A stretch of 64,000 bases of DNA from positions 2,112,001-2,176,000 of the forward strand of contig CBDCTJ010000007.1 of NCBI GenBank assembly GCA_965222115.1, in the 5' to 3' direction. Positions 41,817 through 51,455 of this stretch are shown here, one piece after another. The translations under genes and the position numbers were made by a program. Numbering within the stretch: position 1 is the first letter of the stretch; every line of letters starts with the position of its first letter. This DNA is from Planctomycetota bacterium (lineage in GTDB: Bacteria > Planctomycetota > PLA2 > JAEUHO01). The notes beneath the pieces were generated by a model that saw only the letters and a program-made list of their open reading frames with translations, was not told the DNA's origin and did not search any database.

Positions 41817-43113
41817 CCCCTTCGACCGCGTCCCAGGGGCGCTTGCATGCGTCGTACTCGTGCTCGCATTCATCCTTGGGTATCCGCATGTAGATTCCCA
41901 AGCTCGGGCGAGTGAACCCGGTCGCGCATCATTGCGTGCATTGAAAAAGGCGCTTTCCGGCGAAGACAGTACCCAGCGCCGCGCGGCCCTCCTCGACATT
42001 GGCCGCTCGGCTCCCCATTTATCCAAAGAGCAATCGCGCAGCGCGACGCTCTTGTTGCGTCGTGAGCTCGATGAAGGGACCGATACCGAGTCTCGCCGAC
42101 TTGCTGTGCGCGCACTGGCTCGCCTCCACAATCCTGCCGCGTGGATACCGATTGCGTTGACTGCACTAGACGATCGGGAAGAGGCGATTCACGCGGCTGC
42201 GCGCCTTGAAGTGTTTTCGGGAGGACGTGATGTTCTCGACGCAATCGTGAAACTCTTGCGCGAAGAGAAAGACCCCGCGTTTCGCGCACGCGTGTTGTTG
42301 CTGCTCGGCGATCGTCGCCGCAGCGATGCGCTGCCCATATTGTTGGATGGCCTGTCCGACACGTCGCCACTCGTTGTGTCCGCGGCCGCCGAGTCTCTCG
42401 AAGCCATCACCGGCCAGGCACTTGGTTACGACGCAAAGAAGTGGAATCGCTGGGCCCGTGAAAAGGCAAGTGCACCTGTCAAGTTCGAAGGACCCTCGGT
42501 GGCACCCAAGTCGGTGGAAGCGAAAGAACCAACCCCACACGTCAGTCGTTCGTTGGTACCCGACTACCTCGGACTCCCGCTGCGTGCCAAAGACATCGTG
42601 TTTTTGGTCGACGTCAGTCCTTCCGTCGGCAGCGGTGGCATGAAGCGCGCGCGCGCCGCGCTTCTACGCGCCGTAGACCTGCTGCCAAGTGACGTCCACG
42701 TGTCCGCGTTATTCTTTTCCGATGAAGTCAAATTGTGGAAGCCCACGATGGTGCGCGCTACGCCCACCAACAAAGCTGCGCTCGCGATGTTTCTCCGCGG
42801 CATCAAGCCCGGCAAGCGAACCGACGTCCTGAGCCCACTCCATGCCGGCATTCAAATACTCAAGAAGCGGGTCGAGGCCAAGAAGGTCGCCAAGGAACCA
42901 TTCCGTTATCCCGTCACGCTCGTCATGGTCAGTGATGGCCGCAACAACATGGATAAGACGCCGTTCTCTGTCATTCAAGACAAACTCGACCGCCTCGACA
43001 TGACGCGCACACAGATTCACTCGCTTGTTGTGGGAGCTTCGGACAGCAAACTCATGTTCGATTTGGCGCGTGTCGGCGGAGGCCGCTACATCCGCGTCCG
43101 AGGTACGAAGTAA
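41800..43113 (+). CDS. HEAT-repeat plus von Willebrand factor A domain protein (start uncertain)
   Basis: HEAT repeats (LSDTSPLVVSAAAESL), LGYDAKKWNRW, MIDAS IVFLVDVSPS, MVSDG, LARVGGGRY. Confidence 0.85.
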   Translation: MRSVASPFDRVPGALACVVLVLAFILGYPHVDSQARASEPGRASLRALKKALSGEDSTQRRAALLDIGRSAPHLSKEQSRSATLLLRRELDEGTDTESRRLAVRALARLHNPAAWIPIALTALDDREEAIHAAARLEVFSGGRDVLDAIVKLLREEKDPAFRARVLLLLGDRRRSDALPILLDGLSDTSPLVVSAAAESLEAITGQALGYDAKKWNRWAREKASAPVKFEGPSVAPKSVEAKEPTPHVSRSLVPDYLGLPLRAKDIVFLVDVSPSVGSGGMKRARAALLRAVDLLPSDVHVSALFFSDEVKLWKPTMVRATPTNKAALAMFLRGIKPGKRTDVLSPLHAGIQILKKRVEAKKVAKEPFRYPVTLVMVSDGRNNMDKTPFSVIQDKLDRLDMTRTQIHSLVVGASDSKLMFDLARVGGGRYIRVRGTK

Positions 43114-43168
43114 CTACACGGCTCTGCGCCTTAGCGTCTCTGCGCGCGGCACTTCTTCTTCTCTGACG

Positions 43169-44101
43169 CTACCGACTACTGTCCAGCGCTGTTCGCAAAG
43201 CTTCGGGCGTTGCGGGATCGTCGATGAGCTTCTTCATTGCCTCGGTGGGCGCGCGACCGGCGTAGGCACGGGCCGCGGCGATGCGTTGCACGAGTGAGCG
43301 GTCGTTTGAGGCGATGACTTCCGCCAACAAGGTGCGCGTGGTGTCGCTCTTGTCGCTGAAAAGAAACGCGATTGCGCCGTCAGTCTGTGCAGGTTCGTCG
43401 AGGGCGAGTTGAGCGTGGGGGACAAAGCGCGTAAGCAGCGATTGTTCACTTTCGGAGGCGCCTTCGCGGAGCCACGTTGCAGCTTCGAGGGCAATCCCCC
43501 GCATCTCGGCGCGCTTGGCAGATTCGAGTGCAGAGCGAAGTGCGCGTTCGCGAACGGCGCGCCGTACCGCTTCGGGGACTTCCCATACGAGGCGGGCCAA
43601 ACGCATCAAACCCTTACGGGTGATCCGAGCATTCCCTCGGCGTGCCTGCGCCATGGCAAGCGCCATTTGAGGGGCAAGTTCATCGGGAACACCCTCGGGA
43701 ATCGAGGCGGTCGCAATGTCATTGGGTGTGAGTTCCACTCGCGCGCTCGATGCGTTCGGCGTGGCCGTCAGCTTGGCTGGCTTTCTAGGCGACGTGCCAG
43801 GCAGATGAAGCTCGCTGGCGGCCGAACCGTCACCCGGAACGACGGGGGCTTGCGTGGCGTCGCCGCGCACGGGATCGCCCTCACGGCGCGTGCCCATTTG
43901 GGAGAACTGATAGATGAGCGCCGCCAACACCGCAGCGCCGAGTACCAACATAGCAATGCCCTTGCCGGGCGGATCGGGCGCACGAGAACGCGACAACGCT
44001 TCGATGCGCTGGGGGAGACTCCCCTCGGACTTCATGTCGCGCATGGCTCGGTGGCGTTTGAGTTCGGACTGGACCGAAGAATCTTGCGGTTGCTTGAACA
44101 T
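43169..44101 (-). CDS. Hypothetical membrane-anchored helical protein
   Basis: Likely start MFKQPQD at 44101, divergent from aroC; TM helix AMLVLGAAVLAALIY. Confidence 0.7.
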   Translation of the reverse strand: MFKQPQDSSVQSELKRHRAMRDMKSEGSLPQRIEALSRSRAPDPPGKGIAMLVLGAAVLAALIYQFSQMGTRREGDPVRGDATQAPVVPGDGSAASELHLPGTSPRKPAKLTATPNASSARVELTPNDIATASIPEGVPDELAPQMALAMAQARRGNARITRKGLMRLARLVWEVPEAVRRAVRERALRSALESAKRAEMRGIALEAATWLREGASESEQSLLTRFVPHAQLALDEPAQTDGAIAFLFSDKSDTTRTLLAEVIASNDRSLVQRIAAARAYAGRAPTEAMKKLIDDPATPEALRTALDSSR

Positions 44102-44158
44102 GGCGATGCTCCAGTGTCTGTCGGGTCGGAGCGCCGGGCCGATCATACACTGCCGCCC

Positions 44159-45304
44159 ATGGAATTGCTGCTTGAGACCGCCGGCGAGAGTCATGGTGCC
44201 ATCCTGACGGGCATTCTGTCTGGGATTCCCGCAGGCTCGCCCTGCACGGCCGACTACGTGAATGCGCGTTTGGCCCATCGTCAGAAGGGGCACGGCAGTA
44301 GCGCCCGACAGAAAACCGAACAAGATACCGTCACGTGGCTGAGTGGTGTAAGAGACGGACGCGCTACTGGCAATCCCATCGCCATGCAGGTTACCAATCG
44401 CGATACGCGCTACGCCGACTTGCCGCCTGTGCACACACCGCGGCCGGGTCACGCGGACCTCGCCGGGGCGCTCAACCGTGGTGTCACCGATGTGCGCGAC
44501 ATCATAGAGCGTGCAAGCGCACGCGAAACTGCGATTCGTGTCGCGGGTGGCGCTGTAGCCCAACAGTTTTTAGAAGCGTTGGGCGTGCATGTGCTCGGTC
44601 ATACGGTGTCCATTGGCTCGTGCGAACTTTGGGCGGACCCGCTTCCCAACATCGAGAGAGCGCGCGCGAGGCGAGACGCATCTTCGCACCACGCGCTCGC
44701 CGATGAAAACGCACAGCAGCACGCAATCGACACGATTGACGCCGCGCACAAACGAGGTGACACGCTTGGCGGCGTTGTGGAAGTTGTTGCGACCGGTATT
44801 CCAACCGGACTTGGTGGTCATGAGCGACCCGCAGCGAAACTCACGTCAGGTCTTGCAGGCGCGCTTTGTGCCATACAAGCCGTGCGCGGCATTGAATTTG
44901 GCCTTGGCTTTCGAGGTGCATCTATCCCCGGTTCCGAGTTTCACGATCCGATTCATCCTGCAGAGAGCGACGGCGTACCTACACGTCCTTCCAATCGCGT
45001 GGGTGGTATTGAAGGTGGCATGAGCAACGGCCAACCCATTGTGCTGCGCATCGCCATGAAGCCACTTGCTACGCTCCGAAGTGCGCTACCAAGTGTGGAT
45101 TTGCGCACTGGCGAAAAGGCCCCCGCGCGCATCGAGCGCAGTGACGTGTGTGCAGTCTCACGACTGGCGATTGTTGCCGAGGCCGTTACCGCACTAGAGA
45201 TCGCACGACACGTGAGGCGACGATTCGGTGGCGCCACACTCGAAGATGTGCAAGCGGCCATCGCGCATCATCGCGAGCGCAACCGCCATACATTCGGAAG
45301 CTAA
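44159..45304 (+). CDS. aroC: Chorismate synthase
   Basis: TAGESHG, PRPGHADL, ERASARETA, GDTLGG, GGIEGGMSNG, RSDVC; TACACT 7 nt before the ATG. Confidence 0.96.
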   Translation: MELLLETAGESHGAILTGILSGIPAGSPCTADYVNARLAHRQKGHGSSARQKTEQDTVTWLSGVRDGRATGNPIAMQVTNRDTRYADLPPVHTPRPGHADLAGALNRGVTDVRDIIERASARETAIRVAGGAVAQQFLEALGVHVLGHTVSIGSCELWADPLPNIERARARRDASSHHALADENAQQHAIDTIDAAHKRGDTLGGVVEVVATGIPTGLGGHERPAAKLTSGLAGALCAIQAVRGIEFGLGFRGASIPGSEFHDPIHPAESDGVPTRPSNRVGGIEGGMSNGQPIVLRIAMKPLATLRSALPSVDLRTGEKAPARIERSDVCAVSRLAIVAEAVTALEIARHVRRRFGGATLEDVQAAIAHHRERNRHTFGS

Positions 45305-45341
45305 TTCTGATTCGGTCGCACGTGGATATGCCGGTGGGAAA

Positions 45342-45413
45342 AGCCGGTGGTCAGGATTGAACTGACGACCTGCGGTTTACAAAACCGCTGCTCTACCACT
45401 GAGCTACACCGGC
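45342..45413 (-). tRNA. tRNA-Thr (TGT)
   Basis: Reverse complement GCCGGTGTAGCTCAGTGGTAGAGCAGCGGTTTTGTAAACCGCAGGTCGTCAGTTCAATCCTGACCACCGGCT; CCA not encoded. Confidence 0.95.
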
Positions 45414-45550
45414 GTGACGTCGGCGGACGGTACGAAGCCCGAGCCGGAGGGTCAAGATTCTACCTATGGCCCTTGCACGAAACACGAGCCCACGTACCCT
45501 CGAGAGTTGGAGATCTTAGATGGACGATGAGTTTCACGAGGAGCTTGGCG

Positions 45551-46300
45551 ATGGTCCATAAAGGTACAATTTTGGTTGCCGTCGTTGCAGGTGCGTTCGG
45601 TGGAATAACAGCAACACTCGTGATGAACTCATTCGACAAGAGCGAAAAACCAACTGATACCGTGTCGGAATCGTCGAAGGCTGGCGATGCCGCCGACTCC
45701 CAACGTACGCAGCAATCCAAGAAGCGAGGCAACTGGGCTCCTCGCGTCAACGAACCTGCCGCCGTAGCAACAATTCGAAACGCGGTAATGGCACAAGCCC
45801 AAGTGCAACAGAGCGCGAAGATTGACGTCGATATGGATGGGGTTGGGGAGCACGGTGGGCATAAGGAGCTTAGTGGCGCTCTGAAGGGTCGCATGAATGA
45901 GAAACTGTTTCCCCCCGTGCTGTCTGGTGCATTTCAGCATCTGCGAGATCCCGGAGTTGTGCTTCGCAGCGGCTATTGCTACCGCATATTCCTGCCCGGA
46001 GAGGATGGAGCACCCGTGGGCGAGCCCACAAATGGCTACTTGGGCAATAGCGCGATCGACGCTGACCTTGCCGAGAAAAACTTCGTCGTGTACGCGTGGC
46101 CCGTGGAGTACGGCAAGACGGGCAACCGGACGTTTGTCGTTAACCAACTTGGTGACGTCCTCGCCACCGAGTCCAAGACCTATTCGGGGGCGGATGCCGG
46201 CCCGGCAGGTGACGCCGCATATGTTGGATCAAGCCTCACCGCACCGCTCGCGAATGGCGTCAAGGCCAATGACGGGAATGTGTGGAAAATCGTTCCCTAG
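45551..46300 (+). CDS. Membrane-anchored pilin-like/DUF2950-like protein
   Basis: N-terminal hydrophobic helix; NEPAAVATIRN..AQAQ, DMDGVGEHG, SGYCYRI and YAWPVEYGKTGNRTFVVNQ. Confidence 0.75.
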   Translation: MVHKGTILVAVVAGAFGGITATLVMNSFDKSEKPTDTVSESSKAGDAADSQRTQQSKKRGNWAPRVNEPAAVATIRNAVMAQAQVQQSAKIDVDMDGVGEHGGHKELSGALKGRMNEKLFPPVLSGAFQHLRDPGVVLRSGYCYRIFLPGEDGAPVGEPTNGYLGNSAIDADLAEKNFVVYAWPVEYGKTGNRTFVVNQLGDVLATESKTYSGADAGPAGDAAYVGSSLTAPLANGVKANDGNVWKIVP

Positions 46301-46345
46301 TTCAGAAAATCTGAATCAACTTAGCCACTCACGGCGTGTAACCCT

Positions 46346-47875
46346 TTGATGACGACGCCTGAGCTCTCGACCGACGATCTGCTCCGAGACCGGGCATGGA
46401 TTGTCAATATCGCGCGCGTTCTTGTGCGGGGTAAGGACACGGGTGAGGACGTGGCTCAAGATGTGTGGGTTGCGGCTCTGCGCCATCCGCCCAAGCGGCG
46501 CGAGCATGTCCGCGCCTGGTTCAATCGTGTTGCGCGCAATCGTGCGCGTGACCTCCATCGTTCTTCCGTTCGACGTGTCCGACGTGAAGCAGTCGCTGCT
46601 CGTCCTGCGTGGAGCGACGAGCACACGGCCGATGCCCTCGTCGAACGGGTGCGGCTTCAAGGCATCGTGGCCAGAGCCGTGGCCGAGCTGCAAGACCCGT
46701 ATCGGCACACCATTTTGCTCCGCTACTTCAAGGATCAATCCGTAGCTGATATCGCGGAACTTGAGGATATCTCCCAAGCCACGGTGCGTACGCGCCTTCG
46801 CCGCGGGCACGCGTCCTTGAGGCGACGTCTCTCACAACTAACTGGCGAATGTGAATCGGATTGGCGGCAGTCGCTTGTTCCGCTTGCCGTGACGACGCGT
46901 GCTGACGCGCTACACACATCAACTTCGGGCACGGGTTCCCTCGTTGCCCTTGGAGGAACTACCATGGCAGCGCATCTGAAGTCGGGCTGGCTCATCGCGG
47001 GAGCTCTCGTGGCGGGGCTCATCGGTGGCATGCTTGGCGTCTTGGTGGCGGGTCCTTTGCAAGGCGAAAACGACGGAAACCGTGCACAGCCCATGTTGGA
47101 AGCGAATCGCGACGAAACCGCTCGCTCGGCAGCCACTGAGAATCCTACATTGACGGCGGCATCACCCGAAGGCGACGATCGCCGGCTGCGCGACGACATC
47201 GATCAAATCATGGCTCAGCTTGCGGCATTGGAGGTTGCGTACGAGAAGGATCGTCTATCTCAGGAAACGATCGATCGAGCCTACAAATTGTCTCTTCGTG
47301 TGCTGCAGGAACGCGCTCGCGCCAATGAGACCGCGGCGGTTGCGACTTCGCGAAACGCGGTTTCTGCACAGGCACAGTTTCAGCACTCGGCAAAGGTCGA
47401 TACGGATGGCGATGGCACCGGCGAGTATGGTGGTTTCATGGAGCTCTCCGGTGCAACCAACGGTCGTATGCGTGCGGCGCTCGTACCGCCCGTGTTATCG
47501 CGTACATTTCGCGGCCTTTCGGAGAATGGGGAGGTCCTTCGAAACGGCTACTACTACCGTGTTTATCTTCCGGACGCCAATGGACAAGGGATCGGAGAGC
47601 CACAAGAGGGCTTTACCGACCAAAGCGGCATCGATGCTGATCTGTCCGAGACGACGTGGTGTATGTACGCATGGCCGGAAGAGTACGGCGTAACCGGGAC
47701 AAAGACGTTTATGGTCAACCAAGGAGGCGACACATTCGCCACCGACGATCGTCGCTACTCAGGCAGTGGGAATGGACCCAAACCGAACGCGGCGTTCACA
47801 ACCGACGGCATCGTGGGCTCACCCAAACACGATAAGCGCGGCAACGATGGCAATGTGTGGAAGCAGCGAGGATAA
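46346..47875 (+). CDS. ECF sigma-70 factor fused via a TM helix to a pilin-like/DUF2950-like domain
   Basis: Region 2 EDVAQDVWVAAL...WFNRVARN, region 4 YRHTILLRYF...TVRTRLRRG, TM helix, then ANETAAVATSRNAVSAQAQ and YAWPEEYGVTGTKTFMVNQ. Confidence 0.88.
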   Translation: MMTTPELSTDDLLRDRAWIVNIARVLVRGKDTGEDVAQDVWVAALRHPPKRREHVRAWFNRVARNRARDLHRSSVRRVRREAVAARPAWSDEHTADALVERVRLQGIVARAVAELQDPYRHTILLRYFKDQSVADIAELEDISQATVRTRLRRGHASLRRRLSQLTGECESDWRQSLVPLAVTTRADALHTSTSGTGSLVALGGTTMAAHLKSGWLIAGALVAGLIGGMLGVLVAGPLQGENDGNRAQPMLEANRDETARSAATENPTLTAASPEGDDRRLRDDIDQIMAQLAALEVAYEKDRLSQETIDRAYKLSLRVLQERARANETAAVATSRNAVSAQAQFQHSAKVDTDGDGTGEYGGFMELSGATNGRMRAALVPPVLSRTFRGLSENGEVLRNGYYYRVYLPDANGQGIGEPQEGFTDQSGIDADLSETTWCMYAWPEEYGVTGTKTFMVNQGGDTFATDDRRYSGSGNGPKPNAAFTTDGIVGSPKHDKRGNDGNVWKQRG

Positions 47876-47914
47876 GAAGGTCAGGATCGAGTACACCAGG
47901 TAACGGCGAGGCGC

Positions 47915-49534
47915 TTATCGCGTCGTGCTTTGAGGCGCTACGGGCACCGTTCGTTCTTCTAGGCGCTTCTCGAATTGTTTAATGAAGGCTCGCTGCCACA
48001 TGGGCCGACCGCCTGTCTTCGCTCTTAGCGATTCGAAGAATGCCCAGGCTGGCTTGTCACCACAGCCTGACAAGAGTTCTGCGACCAAGAGAACCTGCTT
48101 CCAGTCCTTGACGACGTTGAGTTTCTTACCCATCTCGATGAGCGCAGCTTCGCAAGCCGCACGATCTTCCTTGGATAGCGTTGGAAACACCCGTCGATTC
48201 AACTCATCGTTGTAGCGCGGCTTGTAGTTCTCGTTCGGAAGCCCCGCGCCACTCGCTACCGTTTCGTCGATTTGCGACAGGAGCAACTTGACGCGCTCCT
48301 TCGGCTTGGCTTCCAGGCGCTGTAGCGCCAACAATCGCTTTGCGCCCGGGAGCCAAAACCCGAGGCGCTTCTCGGAGAACGCGTAGGACCGATCGATTTT
48401 CTGATAGGGACGCGTGGATTCCACGAGTTCGACTATTGCCTTGTAGTTGCCGGAATCGGCCAGCGTTTTGAGGGTCTCCTTCGCCCCCTTCATCTTCTCA
48501 GCGGCTTCGGCCACGCGCGCCTTCCAGGCCTCGACATCGGGCCCGCCGAGCGCGGAAACCAATTTGAAACTGTTCTTGAGTTGGTGCTTGTACTTGAGCG
48601 CGTGCCACGCCTTGATGGCGCGGGGCGCGAGTTCAAGTCGCAGCGACTCGGGCCACGACGCGATCAAGTTCAAGAAACGCTGATTGCCCTTGCGCCGCAA
48701 TTCGCGAAACGGTTTCGTTGGATTGCGCATCAGACCGGCGATCGCATTCTTCTTCTCGGCTTCGCCCCATGTTGCTGGGTCTTTCATGAGCATCACCATG
48801 CGCGCCGCGTGATCGCGCATGTGTTTGAGATCATCGGGATCTACGCCGGCATCGGGGCAGTCTTTGATCGCATGTTCGAGCAACTGCAGCCCTTTGGTGT
48901 AGGCCGCCGCTGCCAACGTCTTGTCAATTTCGCCCCGGAGACGCTTTAGATCTGCGCGTGCAGCCATGAGGGCATTGCGATTGCGCACCCACACGACTTC
49001 CTTCACGTCCAACGTATAGATGCGTTCGTGATACCCCATCACACCACCGTGTGCATCGCCATGCACCTCGCCGTGGGGAAGTCCGTTTCCGTACCACTTG
49101 AGATGAGATGAACCAAAGGAGCCCACCAGTGTGCACGTACCTCGCACACGCACGAAACATCGCGAACCCGGCTTCGCCAGTGCCTTCCTTACTCTCTCGT
49201 TGCCAATACCCGTGACGAACCAATGCTCCACCGCCATATGATGCTGGAGCAACGGCATGAATCCTATGCGTCCATCCTCAAGTTTCGTTATGGCTCCCGA
49301 GAGATCCACCGGCTCTGGGGGCGACGTGTAGACGTTCTTCGTTCCCAAGATCTTTTTGGCGTGCGCGACGGCCTCGTCTGGCGTCTTGTATGGCGTGGGT
49401 TTTAGTGGATTGCCGTCTTCTGCGTGTGCAGCCGGTGTGGCGTGCATGAACAGGCTTACCGCTGCGACTGCAATGCTTACTCGGAACCACCTGGATGCGT
49501 TCAATCTGGATTCACACCAGGACACTGCGTTCAT
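47915..49534 (-). CDS. Secreted hypothetical protein, paralogue of 49847-51430 (start uncertain)
   Basis: Signal peptide ending AHA; DGRIGFMPLLQHHMAVEHWFV, CFVRVRG, WYGNGLPHG, GYHERIY. Confidence 0.85.
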   Translation of the reverse strand: MNAVSWCESRLNASRWFRVSIAVAAVSLFMHATPAAHAEDGNPLKPTPYKTPDEAVAHAKKILGTKNVYTSPPEPVDLSGAITKLEDGRIGFMPLLQHHMAVEHWFVTGIGNERVRKALAKPGSRCFVRVRGTCTLVGSFGSSHLKWYGNGLPHGEVHGDAHGGVMGYHERIYTLDVKEVVWVRNRNALMAARADLKRLRGEIDKTLAAAAYTKGLQLLEHAIKDCPDAGVDPDDLKHMRDHAARMVMLMKDPATWGEAEKKNAIAGLMRNPTKPFRELRRKGNQRFLNLIASWPESLRLELAPRAIKAWHALKYKHQLKNSFKLVSALGGPDVEAWKARVAEAAEKMKGAKETLKTLADSGNYKAIVELVESTRPYQKIDRSYAFSEKRLGFWLPGAKRLLALQRLEAKPKERVKLLLSQIDETVASGAGLPNENYKPRYNDELNRRVFPTLSKEDRAACEAALIEMGKKLNVVKDWKQVLLVAELLSGCGDKPAWAFFESLRAKTGGRPMWQRAFIKQFEKRLEERTVPVAPQSTTR

Positions 49535-49692
49535 CCGTAGCCGAATGTGTATCACGAAGCCTCCTGTGGCGTCTGAGCTTGGTTGTCTCATAAACCTGTC
49601 ATGGGTACGTCGATCAGCAAGGCGCGTACGGTGATCTGTAGGAGCGATGGCCTCGCTGCAAGTCTTAGATCTTGCGACCGCAAGAATCTTAC

Positions 49693-49731
49693 TCCCTCTC
49701 TCCCTCTAGGAGAGGGGGTTGGGGGTGAGGG
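49693..49731. repeat. Purine/pyrimidine-tract REP-like element
   Basis: TCCCTCTCTCCCTCTAGGAGAGGGGGTTGGGGGTGAGGG, resembling the widespread CCCTCACCCC...CCCTCTCC...GGAGAGGG intergenic repeat. Confidence 0.65.
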
Positions 49732-49846
49732 TTCAGGCAAGCCACCGACTTCAAGTCGACCGCCACCTTCGCAATTGGCGCGTCCGGCGAACACGCTAGC
49801 GCCCCTCGCACTCACTGCCTCCGCGTGAGGTCAAATGTCGGACTAC

Positions 49847-51430
49847 TTACTTACCCCCCGCCCTCGCTACCAGCCGCTCCCGCAACGTCTTCGCAAACGC
49901 ACGACACTGCTTGGCACGATTCTTCCACCGAATCTTGGCTGCAAATGCATCAATGGCCGTTGCCGCATCTTCATTGCCGACGGAGGCCAGCAGTTCACAT
50001 GCGACGAGGCCCGACTTCCATTGCTTGTTCGCGTCAAAGCCCTCAAGTAGTTGAACTAGATCCTTTGAAATCGTGGAACGCTCCGCGCCAGTAAGATGTG
50101 GAACGACATGCATGATGAACTGTTCACTATAACGCGGCTTGGTTACCTGGTGCGGGAGAATCATCGGCTTGTCGATTTCCAATGCCAGTTGCTTGCGAAT
50201 CATCGGTAGGCGTTTAGCGGGATCTTTCATGACGCCGCGTAGCGCGGTCAAGCGGGCGACACTCCCTTTCCACTTTTCAATCGTGTCGGGCCTCAACATA
50301 TAAGACTTGTTGATGCGCTGATAGGGCTGGACGTCAGCGAGTACCTTGTCGATGGCCTCATACCTTTGTTCAGCAGCCAGCGAAACGATTGTCTTGAGCG
50401 CTTCATCGACTTTGATGGCTGCCTCGGCTACTGCCGCCCTCCACGCGTCCACATCAGGCCCGCCCAACGCTTCCACGAGTGGCGTTGTCAACTTGTGTTG
50501 ATGTCTGTGTTTGAGCGCGTACCACGACTTGATGGCGTCGGGCGCGAGGTCGTGACGAATGGCCTCGGGCCAGTTCCCCACGAGCTCGAGAAAGCGTGGG
50601 ACCGCATTGCGATGGTCTTCGCGGAAAGCACTCACGGGGTCGCGCATCAGCATTTGAATTGCCATAGCACGATCTTCTTGGGTCCACGTTTTGGGATCTT
50701 TCGTCACCGCGATCATGCGGCGCAAGTAATCCCTTTGAGACGCGATGCCGCGTGTGTGAACGCCGGCGTCCTTCGCACCGCGTAGGGCCGAATCAACAAG
50801 CGTTAGCGCCTCCGCGTATCTGCCTTGCTTGGCAGCGGCTTTGGCACGGGCATCGTCTCGCTTGGCCTTGGCTTGCGCCTCTCTTATCTCCGCAAGGCTC
50901 TTGATCCACACCACGTCGTCAACTGCGAGCCGATAGACCCGCTCGTGATAGCCGCGCACGTGCATATCGCCCTTCACGTAGGTACCGCCGTGCGCGAGTC
51001 CATTGCCGTACCAGTCGAGCGCACCGCGCCCGTAGGCGCCAAGCAACGTCGCATTGCCACGCACGCGCACAAAGCAGCGACCGTTCTGTTTGTCCAGCGC
51101 TTCGGCGATCTTGCCGTCGCTCAGTCCGTCCACAAACCAGTGTTCGACCGCCATGTGGTGTTGGAGCATTGGCATAAATCCAATGCGACCGTCCTTTGAA
51201 CGCGACACGGCGCCCACGAGGTCCACATCCTTTGCAGGCTGTGCTTTGAGCGCCTCGTTCTGCAGTAGCTTCTTGGCATGAGCGAGTGCCTCTTCCGGCG
51301 TCTTGAAGGGCGTGGGATCCAGAGGGTTGTCTTCGGCATGTGCCATCGGACTGGCGCTTGCGAGCAATGCCACGCTCAGGACGCAGGCAAGCAACATCCG
51401 CCGTCCGATGGGCGCGTCGCATTCAGTCAT
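49847..51430 (-). CDS. Secreted hypothetical protein, paralogue of 47915-49534
   Basis: GGAGA RBS; signal peptide ending AHA; DGRIGFMPMLQHHMAVEHWFV, CFVRVRG, WYGNGLAHG, GYHERVY. Confidence 0.88.
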   Translation of the reverse strand: MTECDAPIGRRMLLACVLSVALLASASPMAHAEDNPLDPTPFKTPEEALAHAKKLLQNEALKAQPAKDVDLVGAVSRSKDGRIGFMPMLQHHMAVEHWFVDGLSDGKIAEALDKQNGRCFVRVRGNATLLGAYGRGALDWYGNGLAHGGTYVKGDMHVRGYHERVYRLAVDDVVWIKSLAEIREAQAKAKRDDARAKAAAKQGRYAEALTLVDSALRGAKDAGVHTRGIASQRDYLRRMIAVTKDPKTWTQEDRAMAIQMLMRDPVSAFREDHRNAVPRFLELVGNWPEAIRHDLAPDAIKSWYALKHRHQHKLTTPLVEALGGPDVDAWRAAVAEAAIKVDEALKTIVSLAAEQRYEAIDKVLADVQPYQRINKSYMLRPDTIEKWKGSVARLTALRGVMKDPAKRLPMIRKQLALEIDKPMILPHQVTKPRYSEQFIMHVVPHLTGAERSTISKDLVQLLEGFDANKQWKSGLVACELLASVGNEDAATAIDAFAAKIRWKNRAKQCRAFAKTLRERLVARAGGK

Positions 51431-51455
51431 GGTTTCTCCACGGGTCACTGAGTTC

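Noticed and set aside
43409-44158. Apparent 250-aa N-terminal extension of AroC
   Set aside because: It is the antisense shadow of the minus-strand gene; AroC starts at 44159 just before TAGESHG.
45330-45350. 8-bp duplication of the tRNA-Thr 3' end (GCCGGTGG) as an att site
   Set aside because: The repeat is too short and adjacent to the tRNA, with no integrase or island between the copies.
45347-45550. N-terminal extension of the 317-aa ORF
   Set aside because: It overlaps tRNA-Thr on the opposite strand; the real start is downstream (45527 or 45551).
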